This document shows positions 51,013 to 61,993 of a stretch of DNA of 64,000 nt, one piece after another (within the stretch, counting starts at the first letter, position 1; each line of letters opens with the position of its first letter). The DNA comes from Terrimicrobiaceae bacterium (lineage in GTDB: Bacteria > Verrucomicrobiota > Verrucomicrobiia > Chthoniobacterales > Terrimicrobiaceae), in assembly GCA_041752695.1 (NCBI GenBank), contig JBGSVZ010000038.1:178033-242032 (forward strand). Reading direction: 5' to 3'. The notes under the pieces were generated by a model that had not been told where the DNA came from, did not search any database, and saw only the letters and a program-made list of their open reading frames with translations. The position numbers were made by a program, and so were the translations under genes.

Positions 51013-51187
51013 CCTGCGCCGAGCCCGGCTACTTCCTGCTCGCCTTTGGCCTCCCACCGTGAAAGAAGTTTTTACGCCTGCGGTTCGAACTCACGCTGGC
51101 CCAACTGGAAGGCTGGATCCTCGGCCTGACTTAGATGTTTGTCAGACCTGTAAACTTCCTACACTGTCCTTGGTATTGGCTTGCCGC

Positions 51188-51688
51188 ATGAACCCAATTC
51201 TTTCCGCGTTGGCCGTAGCAGGATTCTGTTTGATTCTGGCGTCCTGTGATTTTGAACCAAAATTCAGAAACCTTTCTGCGTGGGAAAAACACACGGCACG
51301 ACCAGGCTTCCGGCTCCTGGATTCGTCGCAGACAGACGATTATTTCATTTCCGTCTACGATACGGGAAAGGATGAAATTGCGTTTTGTTACCGCTGGAAA
51401 AGTGCCAATCCCGCAACGGCTGCCCAGGATCTGGGAATCTGGGATGTGCACAAGGTAGAGCTGAGCGACCACAACAGAGCCAACCTCACGGACTTGAATT
51501 GGCGGAGATCGATCTGGCTCCCGCCACCGTTCAGCCCGATCACGACCGGAGGATCCGATGGCATCATCTACCCGATTCGACCAGGCTATCGCGGAAAGAT
51601 TTGGATTTCATTCCGTGATGATGATGGTCTTGGTGGCAACACGCGGACGATTTTCGAAAAGTGGATTGATCTCAATCCCGCGCCTTAG
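51188..51688 (+). CDS. Hypothetical lipoprotein
   Basis: MNPILSALAVAGFCLILASC lipobox; visibly AT-richer than its flanks. Confidence 0.6.
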   Translation: MNPILSALAVAGFCLILASCDFEPKFRNLSAWEKHTARPGFRLLDSSQTDDYFISVYDTGKDEIAFCYRWKSANPATAAQDLGIWDVHKVELSDHNRANLTDLNWRRSIWLPPPFSPITTGGSDGIIYPIRPGYRGKIWISFRDDDGLGGNTRTIFEKWIDLNPAP

Positions 51689-51760
51689 TTTGTGCCACGG
51701 GCAGAACGGCGCGAAATGGCGGGTTGTTCCGAGGCAAGTCTCGGAGCATGCTGGCCGGAC

Positions 51761-52402
51761 ATGGGCAACATTCTCAGCGAACGCGTCGTCCGACCGGAAA
51801 TCCTGGATGGACTGTCGGCGGATGATCCCGCCGCCCGACGCAGCCGCCGGGATTTGCGTTTGATCAACGCGGCGATGGGAAATTTCCGTTGGGTGGAGCG
51901 TCAGGTGGGACGTCTTCCGCCGGGGGCGTCCGTGGTGGAGATCGGCGCAGGGGAGGGGATTCTGAGCGAGCGGCTGGTGGGGAAATTTCCCGGGAAAAAG
52001 CTCACAGCGGTTGATCTCGCGCAGGCACCGCCCGGATTGACTGGCGTGGACTGGAAGCAGGGCGACGTTTTTCAGATTTTGCCCGAAGTCTCCGCCGACA
52101 TGGTGGTCGGGGTCATGATCGTCCATCATTTTTCTGACGCCCAACTGGCGGAGTTGGGAAGGGGGTTGGCGCGATTTCGAACCCTCTGTTTCTGCGAACC
52201 CTGGCGGGCGGTCTTGCCGCAGGTGTGGGGCGGCTTGCTGTGGCCGTTGGTGGGGCGGGTGACGCGGCACGATATGCCGGTGAGCGTGCGGGCGGGATTC
52301 CGTCCGGGGGAACTCGCGTGGCTCCTGGGGCTCGAAAAGTGGCGGATCGAGGAGTCCGTGGATTGGCGGGGATCGTTACGCTTGGTGGCATGGCGGCCTT
52401 AA
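51761..52402 (+). CDS. Class I SAM-dependent methyltransferase-domain protein (type III PKS-associated)
   Basis: PEILD...SRRDLRLIN; VEIGAGEG; HHFSD; TRHDMPVSVRAGF. Confidence 0.82.
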   Translation: MGNILSERVVRPEILDGLSADDPAARRSRRDLRLINAAMGNFRWVERQVGRLPPGASVVEIGAGEGILSERLVGKFPGKKLTAVDLAQAPPGLTGVDWKQGDVFQILPEVSADMVVGVMIVHHFSDAQLAELGRGLARFRTLCFCEPWRAVLPQVWGGLLWPLVGRVTRHDMPVSVRAGFRPGELAWLLGLEKWRIEESVDWRGSLRLVAWRP

Positions 52403-53400
52403 AATCCATCACGATTGCAGGCGGGGGACTGGCAGGTCTCGCGCTGGGTATCGCGCTGCGGCGCCGTGACGTTCCTGTAGTGGTACATGAGGCCGGGACG
52501 TATCCGCGCCACCGGGTTTGCGGGGAGTTTCTCAGCGGACGTGGTCAGGAGGTTTTGAAAACGCTCGGCGTGGCGGACGTTTTGGAGGGCGGTGTCCTGC
52601 AAAAGACGACGGCGTGGTTTTATGGCGGGAGCCGGATTTATTCCGCGGATCTTCCGTATCCCGCGCGGGGGATTTCCCGGTTTGTTTTGGATGACGCCTT
52701 GCGGCGCAAGGTGGAATCCCTTGGCGGTGTGGTGCAGGAACGTTCTCGCCTCAAGCCTGAACCCGCGGAGGGCAGCATCTGGTGTGGCGGGCGGATTCCG
52801 GCGAAGGGCGACTGGATTGGGTTGAAATGCCATGTGCCTGGCCTCCCGCTCGCGGCCGATCTGGAGATGCATCTCGGGTCGAACGGTTATGTGGGCCTCG
52901 CGCGGGTGGAGAACGATCAGGTGAATATCTGTGGGCTTTTTCGCTGCGAAACGTCTTTGCGGGGGAAGTTGCCCGAATATCTGAGGCGCGGGGGATTGAG
53001 TGATTTGGCGTCGCGCATTGAGGCGGCCGGGATGGAGGAAAGTTCCTGCGTCGCGGTGGCGGGATTTCGTCCGGGCTGGCAGCGTGAGCTTCCCGGCGTG
53101 CTGGCGGTGGGCGATGCGTCTGGGATGATTCCGCCTTTTGCCGGGAATGGCATGTCCATGGCCTTCGAGGCGGCATTGGAGGCGGGAGGGCCGCTGGCGG
53201 ATTTTGCGGAGGGTCGTTTGGATTGGACGGAAACGTGCGCGATGGTCCGCCAAAAACTGCGCCGTCGCTTCACGCGCAGGCTGCTCGGCGCGCAAATTCT
53301 GCATCCCTTCTTGACGGCACGGGCCGGGCAGGCGTTGCTGGCGGCTGTGTCCTGCCTTCGCATTCTCCCCTTTGGCCTCGCGTTCCGCGTGCTTCGCTGA
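52390..53400 (+). CDS. FAD-dependent oxidoreductase/monooxygenase
   Basis: IAGGGLAG; HRVCGEFLS; VGDASGMIPPFAGNGMSMA. Confidence 0.85.
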   Translation: MAALKSITIAGGGLAGLALGIALRRRDVPVVVHEAGTYPRHRVCGEFLSGRGQEVLKTLGVADVLEGGVLQKTTAWFYGGSRIYSADLPYPARGISRFVLDDALRRKVESLGGVVQERSRLKPEPAEGSIWCGGRIPAKGDWIGLKCHVPGLPLAADLEMHLGSNGYVGLARVENDQVNICGLFRCETSLRGKLPEYLRRGGLSDLASRIEAAGMEESSCVAVAGFRPGWQRELPGVLAVGDASGMIPPFAGNGMSMAFEAALEAGGPLADFAEGRLDWTETCAMVRQKLRRRFTRRLLGAQILHPFLTARAGQALLAAVSCLRILPFGLAFRVLR

Positions 53401-54422
53401 TGTTTCTCCAAGCCCTTGCCAGCGCCTTCCCCGAGACGCGTTACAGTCAGCGGGAATGCCTGGAAATATTCCGCGCCAGTCCCGCCCCCGCAGCATTGAG
53501 CGCGCGATCCATGAAGGTGGTGGAAGCGGTGTTGGGCGGATCTTCGGGCATCGATACACGGCATTTTGCGCTGCCTCCGGGAGAGTTGTTCGCGGCGGAT
53601 GCGGGCGAATTGAACCGGGCTTTTGAACGCGAAGCCCCTACGCTGGCGGCGGACGCCCTGGCCAAGGCGTGCGGGCAGGCCGGGACGCCCGCCTCCGAGA
53701 TTGATGCGCTTTTTGTCTGCACTTGCACGGGATATTTGTGTCCGGGTGTGTCAAGCCATCTGGCCGAACGGGCGGGTTTGCGCGGGGAGGCGTTTTTGCA
53801 CGACCTGTCCGGTCTTGGTTGTGGCGCAGCCCTACCGATGATGCACGCAGCGTCCTGCTTTCTCGCAGCCCATCCCGACGCGGTAGTTGCAACGGTGGCG
53901 GTGGAGGTGTGCTCGGCCGCGTTTTTTTTGGATGACGACATCGGCGTGTTGATCAGCGCGTGTTTGTTCGGAGACGGTGCCTCGGCGGCGCTGTGGCGGG
54001 CGAGGGATTCGGGAGGCCAATGGAAGGCGGAAAATTTCCGCTCCCTGCACCGCCCGGAGGAGCGGGAGAAAATCCGCTTCGTCAACGCGGGCGGCAAGCT
54101 GCGCAATCAACTCCACCGCGCCGTGCCAGAGCTTGCGGCCAATGCCGTGCTGGAACTTTTTGGCAAACGCACCCGCGATCCGGATCGCGTGATAACGCAT
54201 ACCGGCGGTCGCGATGTGATCGACGCCATCGAGGCCCGGTTGCCGCAGTATTCTCTGGAGGCGACGCGGGAAACGCTGCGGGATTATGGCAACATGAGCA
54301 GTCCGTCCGTTTTGTGTGCTTTGGAAAAGACCCTGGGCAATGCGAATGGCGACCGTTCCCTTTGGCTGACGACGTTCGGCGCGGGCTTCGCCGCGCATTC
54401 GTGCGAACTCGTTCGCGCTTAG
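53400..54422 (+). CDS. Type III polyketide synthase (chalcone/stilbene synthase family)
   Basis: Cys-His-Asn triad in GLGCG, HTGG and YGNMSS; VEVCS; LFGDGA; FGAGF. Confidence 0.92.
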   Translation: MFLQALASAFPETRYSQRECLEIFRASPAPAALSARSMKVVEAVLGGSSGIDTRHFALPPGELFAADAGELNRAFEREAPTLAADALAKACGQAGTPASEIDALFVCTCTGYLCPGVSSHLAERAGLRGEAFLHDLSGLGCGAALPMMHAASCFLAAHPDAVVATVAVEVCSAAFFLDDDIGVLISACLFGDGASAALWRARDSGGQWKAENFRSLHRPEEREKIRFVNAGGKLRNQLHRAVPELAANAVLELFGKRTRDPDRVITHTGGRDVIDAIEARLPQYSLEATRETLRDYGNMSSPSVLCALEKTLGNANGDRSLWLTTFGAGFAAHSCELVRA

Positions 54423-54991
54423 CCGCGTGCCCGGCGGATCAGCACCAGATTGCGGATGTAGATAATCCACCCGGTCGCCTGACCGAGAATGCCGACAATG
54501 TCGCGCCGCCAGATGAAGTAGACCAATAACATCGTGGCACCCGCGAGGCTCATCCACCAAAACGACACGGGCACGACGGAGCGTCGGCTTTTTTCACTCG
54601 TGACCCACTGGACCAGCATGCGGCCGGTGAACAGAAGCTGTCCACCGAGGCCCAGCGCGACCCAGGCCAGGCCAATGGGGCTGGTGATGTTAAAGATGGC
54701 CGAGAGCCAACCCCGGGACGTCCTTTGATCCAGGTAAAGTCCGGCAAATTCGTCCGGAGTGAGCATGCGGTCGGTCCCGGCACCGAGGCGCCCGAGGATG
54801 TAGACCACCGAGCCATCGTGCAGTCGCGCCATGGCCACGTTGTCCCTAGCGCCGGCGAGTTCGATTTTAAAACGCACGGGTTCACCCGCGATCAGGGTTG
54901 GGTCAACGGGTCGTCCGATCACGTCCAGTGGCGCGCCGGGCATCGTCGCGGAGAGACAGAGGAGCGCAAAGAAAAGGCGACTCAGGAACAT
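54419..54991 (-). CDS. Lipid A biosynthesis N-terminal (LAB_N) domain membrane protein
   Basis: GQLLFTGRMLVQWVTSEKSRRSVVPVSFWWMSLAG...DIVGILGQ...YIRNL. Confidence 0.85.
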   Translation of the reverse strand: MFLSRLFFALLCLSATMPGAPLDVIGRPVDPTLIAGEPVRFKIELAGARDNVAMARLHDGSVVYILGRLGAGTDRMLTPDEFAGLYLDQRTSRGWLSAIFNITSPIGLAWVALGLGGQLLFTGRMLVQWVTSEKSRRSVVPVSFWWMSLAGATMLLVYFIWRRDIVGILGQATGWIIYIRNLVLIRRARG

Positions 54992-55001
54992 CGGGCGGGC
55001 G

Positions 55002-55511
55002 TTATCGCACCGTCCCGGCAGGTTCGCAAGGCTCCAGCGGCCGACCGGAGGGCGGTTCCCCATCGGAAGGCGGCGTTTGCACGACCTTGTTCCCGCCATC
55101 GTCTCCGCCATCCTTTTCGTGGGGATCGAAAAACAAATCCGCAGCCAGGAAGAGGGATTTCGAATGCCGGGCGAAAAATACGCTGAAGATCACCGTGGGG
55201 GCGATCACCGCCAAAATGAGGGTCCAAACCGGCAAATCGAAAAACCATTCGAGCGACCCGTAGAGGATCAATCCGACAACACTGCCGAAGCCGTAATTGA
55301 GCGCCCAGATCGCCATCAAGAAATAGCCGGGCTCCCGGTCGTAGGGATACCCGCAGCGCGGGCAGCCGTCGAGGGGCGTGAACCAATCCCGTAACCGACG
55401 CACCCTCTGCCAGCGCACAAACATGGGCGAGATCCCGCAGGAAGGACAGCGCAGTCGGAAGGCGCGGACCAAATACCTCCAGGCGGTCGCCGCAGTGCGT
55501 GGTTCATTCAC
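55002..55511 (-). CDS. DUF983 family membrane protein
   Basis: CPSCG and CPRCG zinc ribbon, REPGYF, two TM helices; start approximate. Confidence 0.75.
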   Translation of the reverse strand: MNEPRTAATAWRYLVRAFRLRCPSCGISPMFVRWQRVRRLRDWFTPLDGCPRCGYPYDREPGYFLMAIWALNYGFGSVVGLILYGSLEWFFDLPVWTLILAVIAPTVIFSVFFARHSKSLFLAADLFFDPHEKDGGDDGGNKVVQTPPSDGEPPSGRPLEPCEPAGTVR

Positions 55512-55591
55512 AGCCCCAACATACGCGCAGGTCGCTGCGGGGCAAGGTGGCGATTTGAGGAGGGCATGGTACAAACAGTTGGCCGGAGGCA

Positions 55592-55655
55592 TTGGGGTCC
55601 AGTCCCGCGACTGCGGGACTGTTCCGAAAGGCGCACGCTAAAGCGTGGACTCCAA
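55592..55655. repeat. REP-doublet element, copy 5 (variant left arm)
   Basis: TTGGGGTC-CAGTCCCGC-GACT-GCGGGACTG ... CACGCTAAAGCGTGGACTCCAA. Confidence 0.8.
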
Positions 55656-55747
55656 CACTCCGAGAGTTCGGGGCCATCCGCGATTTTAATTGGGAGGGTT
55701 ATCTGTTGTCTCCCGGCCGGGGGTGTGCTTACTTGGACCGTTTACAC

Positions 55748-57079
55748 ATGAACGTTCTTGTTGAATCCCAACCCAACTGCCTTGTCACCCTGCAGGTCGA
55801 GCTGCCTGCCGATCAAGTTTCCAAGGAGTGGCAATCTGTCGCCCGTCAATTCCAGCGCAATGTCCGCATCCCAGGCTACCGCCCTGGAAAAGCTCCCCAA
55901 GCTCTGGTCGAAACCCGTTTCGCCAAGGACATCAAGGAGGAATTGACCAATAAGCTCCTGCGCGAGAGTCTCAACGAGGCGATCAAAGAAAAAAACCTGC
56001 GTGTTCTTTCCGTTTCGGACGTGGAAAACGTCGAGATCGGCGACGACAAAACTATGCGCTACAAGGCGACTGTGGTCACCGCTCCGGAGTTCGAACTCCC
56101 CGATTATTCCAGCATCCCCGTGGAACTGGCCAAGGAAGAGGTGAACGACGAGCATGTGCAAAAGTGGATCGATCAGCTCCGCGAGCCCCATGCCACCTAT
56201 ACGCCGGTGGAGGATCGTCCCGTGGCTACCGGAGATTATGCAGTCGTGTCGTATTCCGGAACGCTCGAAGGCGCGCCCCTGGGCGAGGCCGTCCCCAGCA
56301 CTCCCGTGCAGCTTCAAGGTCGCCGCAATGCGTGGGTCCTGATGGCCGAGGAGTCTCTGGCTCCCGGCTTCTGCAAAGCCATCGAAGGCATGGCCGTCAA
56401 CGACGAGCGCACGTTCGGCCTCGAGTTTCCCGCCGATTTCCCGCTTTCGGATCTCGCCGGAAAGAAAGTGGACTACACCGTCACTCTCCATGCCATCAAC
56501 ACGAAGTCGCTGCCGGATTTTGACGACGCCCTCGCGGAAAAAATCGAAGCCGGTTCCACCGCGGAGCAGCTCCGGGTCAAAATTCGCGAACGCATCGAGT
56601 CCGTCGCCGCCCAGCAGTTTGAAAATGGCAAACGCCAGGGCGCGGTGAATTTCCTGCTTAGTCAGGTCAGTTGCGAACTCCCGGCCAATGTGGTCGAGCG
56701 GGAAATGTCGGGCATCCTGAAGGAAATCGTCCGGGAAAATCAGGTTCGCGGCATCAGCGATGACGAGATCCGGAAACACCAGGAAGAACTCATCGGCGCG
56801 GCGCAGAACAGCGCGAAAGAGCGCGTGCGCGCGAATTTTCTCCTCCTCCTCCGGATTGCGGAAAAAGAAAAGATCGAGTTGCAGGAACAGGATGTCGCCC
56901 AGCGCGTGCTCGAAATGGCCGCGCGTTACGAAATCCCGGTCAACAAGCTGGTGAAAGACTTGCAGCGCCGCGATGGGTTCGGTCCGCTGCGCGAACAAAT
57001 TCTCATTGGCAAGGCCCTTGATTTGCTGGTGGCCAATGTTACGGTTCGCGAAACGGCCCCCGCCATCACTGCTTCCTAA
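55748..57079 (+). CDS. tig: Trigger factor
   Basis: [10 protein letters not shown] ribosome-binding loop, FKBP-like domain, tig-clpP-clpX order. Confidence 0.93.
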   Translation: MNVLVESQPNCLVTLQVELPADQVSKEWQSVARQFQRNVRIPGYRPGKAPQALVETRFAKDIKEELTNKLLRESLNEAIKEKNLRVLSVSDVENVEIGDDKTMRYKATVVTAPEFELPDYSSIPVELAKEEVNDEHVQKWIDQLREPHATYTPVEDRPVATGDYAVVSYSGTLEGAPLGEAVPSTPVQLQGRRNAWVLMAEESLAPGFCKAIEGMAVNDERTFGLEFPADFPLSDLAGKKVDYTVTLHAINTKSLPDFDDALAEKIEAGSTAEQLRVKIRERIESVAAQQFENGKRQGAVNFLLSQVSCELPANVVEREMSGILKEIVRENQVRGISDDEIRKHQEELIGAAQNSAKERVRANFLLLLRIAEKEKIELQEQDVAQRVLEMAARYEIPVNKLVKDLQRRDGFGPLREQILIGKALDLLVANVTVRETAPAITAS

Positions 57080-57084
57080 GATTT

Positions 57085-57729
57085 ATGTCCGAAATTGTCC
57101 GAGCTGATTACATCCCACATCCCAACGTTGTTGAAACCTCGGGACGCGACCGAACCTCTTACGACATCTATTCGCGCCTCCTGGTTGACCGGATCATTTT
57201 CATCGGTAATCCGATCAGCGACACCCTCGCCAATGTGGTGGTGGCCCAGTTGCTCTTCCTGCAGATGCAGGACGCGAAAAAAGACATCCACATCTATCTG
57301 AACTCGCCCGGTGGCTCCGTCACGGCGGGTCTGGCGATCTACGACACGATGCAGTTCGTCACTTGCGATGTGAACACCTACTGCATGGGCATGGCCGCCA
57401 GTATGGCCTCCGTGCTGCTCTGCGCCGGAACAAAAGGCAAACGCTACGCGCTGCCCAATTCCGACATCATGATCCATCAGGTCTCCGGCGGGGCGCAAGG
57501 CCAGGCCAGCGACGTGGAGCGTCAGGTCATGTTCATGTTCAAGCTCAAGAAGCGGCTCAATGAAATCATCTCCCGCCACACCGGCAAGCCGGTCGAGCAG
57601 GTGGAGAAGGACGCGGATCGCGACCATTACATGACCGCCGAGGAAGCCAAGGATTACGGCCTGGTTGACGAAGTTGTGAAATCCCGCAAGGAGATCAAAG
57701 AGCTTCCCACCGAGAAACCCGCGGAGTAA
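57085..57729 (+). CDS. clpP: ATP-dependent Clp protease proteolytic subunit
   Basis: [23 protein letters not shown] (Ser), MIHQ (His), DRD (Asp). Confidence 0.97.
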   Translation: MSEIVRADYIPHPNVVETSGRDRTSYDIYSRLLVDRIIFIGNPISDTLANVVVAQLLFLQMQDAKKDIHIYLNSPGGSVTAGLAIYDTMQFVTCDVNTYCMGMAASMASVLLCAGTKGKRYALPNSDIMIHQVSGGAQGQASDVERQVMFMFKLKKRLNEIISRHTGKPVEQVEKDADRDHYMTAEEAKDYGLVDEVVKSRKEIKELPTEKPAE

Positions 57730-57738
57730 GATTCCCTG

Positions 57739-59016
57739 ATGGCCCGGGCCAGTAATCTCACCATGTGCTCCTTCTGTGGCAAGAGCCACGCGGAGGTGCG
57801 CAAACTTATCGCCGGTCCGGGCGTTTATATCTGCGACAGTTGCATCACGGTCTGCAAAGGCATTCTCGACAAGGAGCTCAACGACGAGGCCCGCAAGCAG
57901 AAGACGGACATTCGTGTGCCCAAACCCGCCGACATCATGCGGGAGCTGGATCAACATGTTATCGGCCAGCTCCAAGCCAAGAAGGTGTTGTCCGTCGCCG
58001 TGCACAATCACTACAAACGCATCCTGCAGGACAGCGCCCCCGCCGACGGCACGGTGCAGCACCTTGGCCCGCTGGCTGACGTCGAAATTGAAAAAAGCAA
58101 TGTCCTCCTGATTGGCCCGACCGGGTCGGGCAAAACCCTCCTGGCGCGCACGCTGGCGCGGATTCTGGATGTCCCTTTCTGCATCGCTGATGCGACGACT
58201 ATCACCGAAGCGGGTTACGTGGGCGAAGATGTGGAAAACATCGTGCTTCGTCTTTTGCAGAGCGCGGATTATGATGTCAAACGCACCGAGATGGGCATTG
58301 TCTACATCGACGAAATCGACAAGATCGGTCGCAAGACGGAAAACGTCAGCATCACGCGTGACGTTTCCGGTGAGGGCGTCCAGCAGGCACTTTTAAAAAT
58401 TTTGGAGGGGACCGTTTGTAATGTGCCACCGCAGGGCGGGCGCAAACATCCGCATCAGGAATACATTCAGGTCAACACCGAGCGGATTCTTTTCATTTGC
58501 GGAGGGGCCTTTGTCGGGCTCGACAAGATCGTCCAGCGCCGCCTGGGGGGCCGCTCGATGGGGTTCCACCTCACGGACCGTCGCGACCCCGAGGTCGTGA
58601 CCCGCGAAGCGGTGAAGGCGGTCGAGCCGGAGGACCTGCTTAGCTTTGGATTGATTCCCGAATTTATCGGTCGTCTGCCCGTCGTGAGCACGCTGGAGGC
58701 ACTCACGGAGGAGGAGTTGGTGACCATTTTGACGGAGCCGAAAAACGCCATGGTGAAACAGTACGCCAAATTGATGGCGATGGATGGGGTGGGCCTCACC
58801 TTCACCAAGGATGCGCTGAGGTCGCTGGCCGGTGAAGCGGTCAAAAAAGGCACCGGTGCCCGCGCCCTGCGCGCGCTGCTTGAGCGCATCATGCTTGACG
58901 TGATGTACGAATCGCCAGGCCGGGAGGATATCGCCGAGATCACCATCAACCGCGCGGTGGTCGAAGGAAAACGGGCGCCCCTCATTCGTAAGCGCCAGGA
59001 TAAGGACGCGGCCTGA
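57739..59016 (+). CDS. clpX: Clp protease ATP-binding subunit ClpX
   Basis: CSFCGK zinc finger, [33 protein letters not shown]. Confidence 0.98.
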   Translation: MARASNLTMCSFCGKSHAEVRKLIAGPGVYICDSCITVCKGILDKELNDEARKQKTDIRVPKPADIMRELDQHVIGQLQAKKVLSVAVHNHYKRILQDSAPADGTVQHLGPLADVEIEKSNVLLIGPTGSGKTLLARTLARILDVPFCIADATTITEAGYVGEDVENIVLRLLQSADYDVKRTEMGIVYIDEIDKIGRKTENVSITRDVSGEGVQQALLKILEGTVCNVPPQGGRKHPHQEYIQVNTERILFICGGAFVGLDKIVQRRLGGRSMGFHLTDRRDPEVVTREAVKAVEPEDLLSFGLIPEFIGRLPVVSTLEALTEEELVTILTEPKNAMVKQYAKLMAMDGVGLTFTKDALRSLAGEAVKKGTGARALRALLERIMLDVMYESPGREDIAEITINRAVVEGKRAPLIRKRQDKDAA

Positions 59017-59033
59017 AGTTGTCTCAGGGTTCC

Positions 59034-60281
59034 ATGTCCCAGGAAATTTCCGCCCCGCACCGTTTCGCCTATCTCTTCGAGCGATTCCCGACGTTCACTC
59101 AGACCTTTTGTGTGCGCGAGGTGGACGCCATGCGGCGGCTCGGGCTCGAATTTCCGGTGTTTTCCATCCGCCGGCCTCATGACGAACCGGCCCAGGACTG
59201 CTTCCGCGGAGGTTGTGGCGTCACCTTCCTCCCGGAAAAATACGACGACATCCTGGCCGCCGACACCGCCTTCCGCCGTGCCGCGCGCAAGGCCCTCGAA
59301 ACCCTCCGCTGCCTCTGGGGGAGCGAGCAGCAGAAAAAGCGGATTTATGAAGCGCTCTGGCTCGGACCCAGACTTCAGGATGCCGGGATCCGGCATGTTC
59401 ATGTGCATTTCGCGGGCACGGCAGCGCGCACGGCGTTCTGGTTGAAAAAACTTTTCGACATCAATTTTAGCGTCACCGCGCACGCCAACGATATTTTTTG
59501 CGACGAGCCACCCGACCGCCTCGCGCAGATTTTCGACGCCGCTGCGGTGGTGGTAACGGTGAGCGATTTCAGCCTCCAATACCTCCAGGAGCATTTTCCG
59601 GCGCTGACCGCAAAATTCCACCGTGTCTACAATGGCATCGAAATGGAGCGTTTCCACCCGACCGATTTTCCGCCCGGACGTCCTGTCATTGTTGGTGTCG
59701 GCCGGTATATCGAAAAAAAGGGTTTCGGCACTCTTGTGAAAGCCTGCTCGCAGTTGGGACGCCGCGACTGGGAGTGTGTGATCATTGGCCAGGGCCCCCT
59801 TGAAGAGGAACTCCGGGAACAGGTGGAAAAACTCGGTCTCGAGGGGAGGGTGGTCATCGCCGGACCGCGCTCGGAGGGCGAAATCTGCCAGATTCTCTCC
59901 CGCGCTCATCTCTTCGCGCTGCCCTGCCTGAATGCCGCGGATGGGGGCATGGACAATCTTCCCACGGTCATCATGGAAGCCATGGCGGCAGGCCTTCCCG
60001 TGGTTTCGACTCCCGTCGCCGCCGTGCCTGAGATGGTGGTCGAGGGGAGCAATGGGTTTCTCATACCCGAACGTGATGCCGGCGCGCTGGCGGGTCGGCT
60101 TCGTCAGTTGCTGGACGATCCGGAACTGGGCCGCACAATGGGGGCTGCCGGACGCGACCGCTGCCGCGAACTTTTTGAAATCAGCCGCACGTCGGCTTCT
60201 CTTTACCAAATCCTCAAAGCCCATGACGCGATTGCCGACCGCGCCGACGGACTACCCGCCATCCAGCGAAGCGCCGCCTGA
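59034..60281 (+). CDS. Glycosyltransferase family 4 (WcaL-like)
   Basis: FPTFTQTF, HVHVHFA, TAHAND, VGRYIEKKG, DNLPTVIMEAMAAGLPVV. Confidence 0.88.
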   Translation: MSQEISAPHRFAYLFERFPTFTQTFCVREVDAMRRLGLEFPVFSIRRPHDEPAQDCFRGGCGVTFLPEKYDDILAADTAFRRAARKALETLRCLWGSEQQKKRIYEALWLGPRLQDAGIRHVHVHFAGTAARTAFWLKKLFDINFSVTAHANDIFCDEPPDRLAQIFDAAAVVVTVSDFSLQYLQEHFPALTAKFHRVYNGIEMERFHPTDFPPGRPVIVGVGRYIEKKGFGTLVKACSQLGRRDWECVIIGQGPLEEELREQVEKLGLEGRVVIAGPRSEGEICQILSRAHLFALPCLNAADGGMDNLPTVIMEAMAAGLPVVSTPVAAVPEMVVEGSNGFLIPERDAGALAGRLRQLLDDPELGRTMGAAGRDRCRELFEISRTSASLYQILKAHDAIADRADGLPAIQRSAA

Positions 60282-60822
60282 ATTGCTGCCGTCCTCTTGG
60301 ACCGGCCCCGCCGCGGCTCCTTTGGAGTTTGATGTCGGGTGCCACAAGGGGCTCTTCCTCGTGGAAATGGCGCGCCTTCATCCAGGACGGAATTTTCTCG
60401 GCATTGAACGCCAGGCCGAGCGGGTGGGGAAAACTCAGCGGAAAATCCGTTCGCTGGGTCTTTGCAATGCCGCCGTCGTCCGTGCGGAGGGGCTGGAGGC
60501 TTTAAAAAATGTCCCTCCTGCCTGCGTGGACGCCGTCCATGTGCTATTTCCCGACCCGTGGCCGAAGCGACGCCATAACTCCCGCCGGTTGGTGCAGGCC
60601 GCGTTTCTGGAGCGATGCCGTTCCATTCTCAAACCCGGGGGCCTTTTGCGGCTGGTGACCGACGACGAGAATTACGCGGCCGCCATGCGGGATGCCGCCA
60701 GCGGATATGCGGAATTCACCCCGCTCCCCGCGGACGATCGCGAATATCCCCCGACCGAATTTCAGAAAAAATTCCTCGCGGACGGCCGGCCATTTTACAG
60801 CCTCCTGCTTCTGCGCTCGTGA
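60223..60822 (+). CDS. trmB: tRNA (guanine-N7)-methyltransferase
   Basis: DVGCHKG, NFLGIE, FPDPWPKRRH, VTD, TEFQKKF. Confidence 0.9.
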   Translation: MTRLPTAPTDYPPSSEAPPELLPSSWTGPAAAPLEFDVGCHKGLFLVEMARLHPGRNFLGIERQAERVGKTQRKIRSLGLCNAAVVRAEGLEALKNVPPACVDAVHVLFPDPWPKRRHNSRRLVQAAFLERCRSILKPGGLLRLVTDDENYAAAMRDAASGYAEFTPLPADDREYPPTEFQKKFLADGRPFYSLLLLRS

Positions 60823-61895
60823 TGAGCGACGCCTCTCTTTCCCAAGGCGGTCACCGTGCCTTGCCCGACGCCGTGGGTTTCGACACCCTCCTTTCTCAGT
60901 CCGGTCCGATTCTGGCCCTCGCCCCCATGCAGGATGTCACCGACCTGCCCTTCTGGCAGCTCATGACGGCCTACGGCGGCGCGGATGTCTATTACACCGA
61001 ATACTTCCGGGTCTATGCCGATTCGCGGCTGGACAAAAACATCCTCCGGTCCGTCACCCAAAACCCGACGGGCCGCCCCGCCATCGCGCAGATGATCGGC
61101 AACGACATCCCGTCGCTCGTGCGCATTGCGCGCGAATTGCAGAAGCACCCCATCGCAGCAATTGATCTCAATCTCGGCTGCCCGGCCCCCGTCGTTTACC
61201 GGAAATGCGCGGGTGGTGGACTCCTGCGCGACCTGCCCCAGGTGGATGCCATCCTCGGCGCGCTGCGGGCAGCGATTCCGGGGAGGTTCACGGTCAAAAC
61301 GCGGCTTGGTTTTGACGATGAGCAAACCCTCGACTCCCTCCTGCCGATTTTTTCCCGTCATGGGATTGACCTGCTCACCGTGCATGGTCGGACGGTGAAA
61401 CAAATGTATCGCGACGGCGTGCGGTACGACCTCATTGCCGAAGCGGTCCGGCGCATGCCCTGTCCCGTGCTCGCCAACGGCAACGTTTCCTCCGCTCCGG
61501 TGGGCGCCCAAATCCTGCGCGAGACCGGGGCACGCGGACTCATGATCGGCCGCGGCGCGGTGCGCAACCCGTGGATGTTTCGCCAGATCCGCCAGCTTCT
61601 CGCCACGGGACGGTTCGATCTTCCCACAGGTCGGGACGTCCTCGCTTATGTGCATGCCCTTTACGAGGCGGTGTGCAGTCCGGATGTCACCGAACTGCAG
61701 CAGGTGCAGAAGATGAAAAAATACGCCAATTTTCTCGGCATGGGCATTGCTGATGGAGGGTCCTTTTTGCACGACATCCGCCGGTCCTCCCGCCGTGCGG
61801 AATTTTTTACCATTTGTGAGGCGGCCCTGGATCATAACGAGCCCCTGCCTTTGGAGGTTGTGTTCGACGTCAAAGCAAGTCCTAAGCACGACTGA
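60822..61895 (+). CDS. tRNA-dihydrouridine synthase family protein
   Basis: LAPMQDVTD, IDLNLGCP, TVKTRLG, TVHGRT, ANGNV, MIGRGA. Confidence 0.92.
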   Translation: MSDASLSQGGHRALPDAVGFDTLLSQSGPILALAPMQDVTDLPFWQLMTAYGGADVYYTEYFRVYADSRLDKNILRSVTQNPTGRPAIAQMIGNDIPSLVRIARELQKHPIAAIDLNLGCPAPVVYRKCAGGGLLRDLPQVDAILGALRAAIPGRFTVKTRLGFDDEQTLDSLLPIFSRHGIDLLTVHGRTVKQMYRDGVRYDLIAEAVRRMPCPVLANGNVSSAPVGAQILRETGARGLMIGRGAVRNPWMFRQIRQLLATGRFDLPTGRDVLAYVHALYEAVCSPDVTELQQVQKMKKYANFLGMGIADGGSFLHDIRRSSRRAEFFTICEAALDHNEPLPLEVVFDVKASPKHD

Positions 61896-61993
61896 GGCAG
61901 CCGTAGAAGAAAGAAAAGCTGCGAAAGAAGTGCGAAAACGGCCGAATGGCCGTAGAGAGAAACAGCGATAAGAGGAAAAAACCGAACTCGGGG

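Noticed and set aside
56839..56850. CTC x4 giving LLLL in trigger factor as a slippage site
   Set aside because: In frame, short and within a normally hydrophobic helix; no evidence of phase variation.
58467..60224. 585 aa minus-strand ORF
   Set aside because: Antisense to clpX and the GT4 gene.
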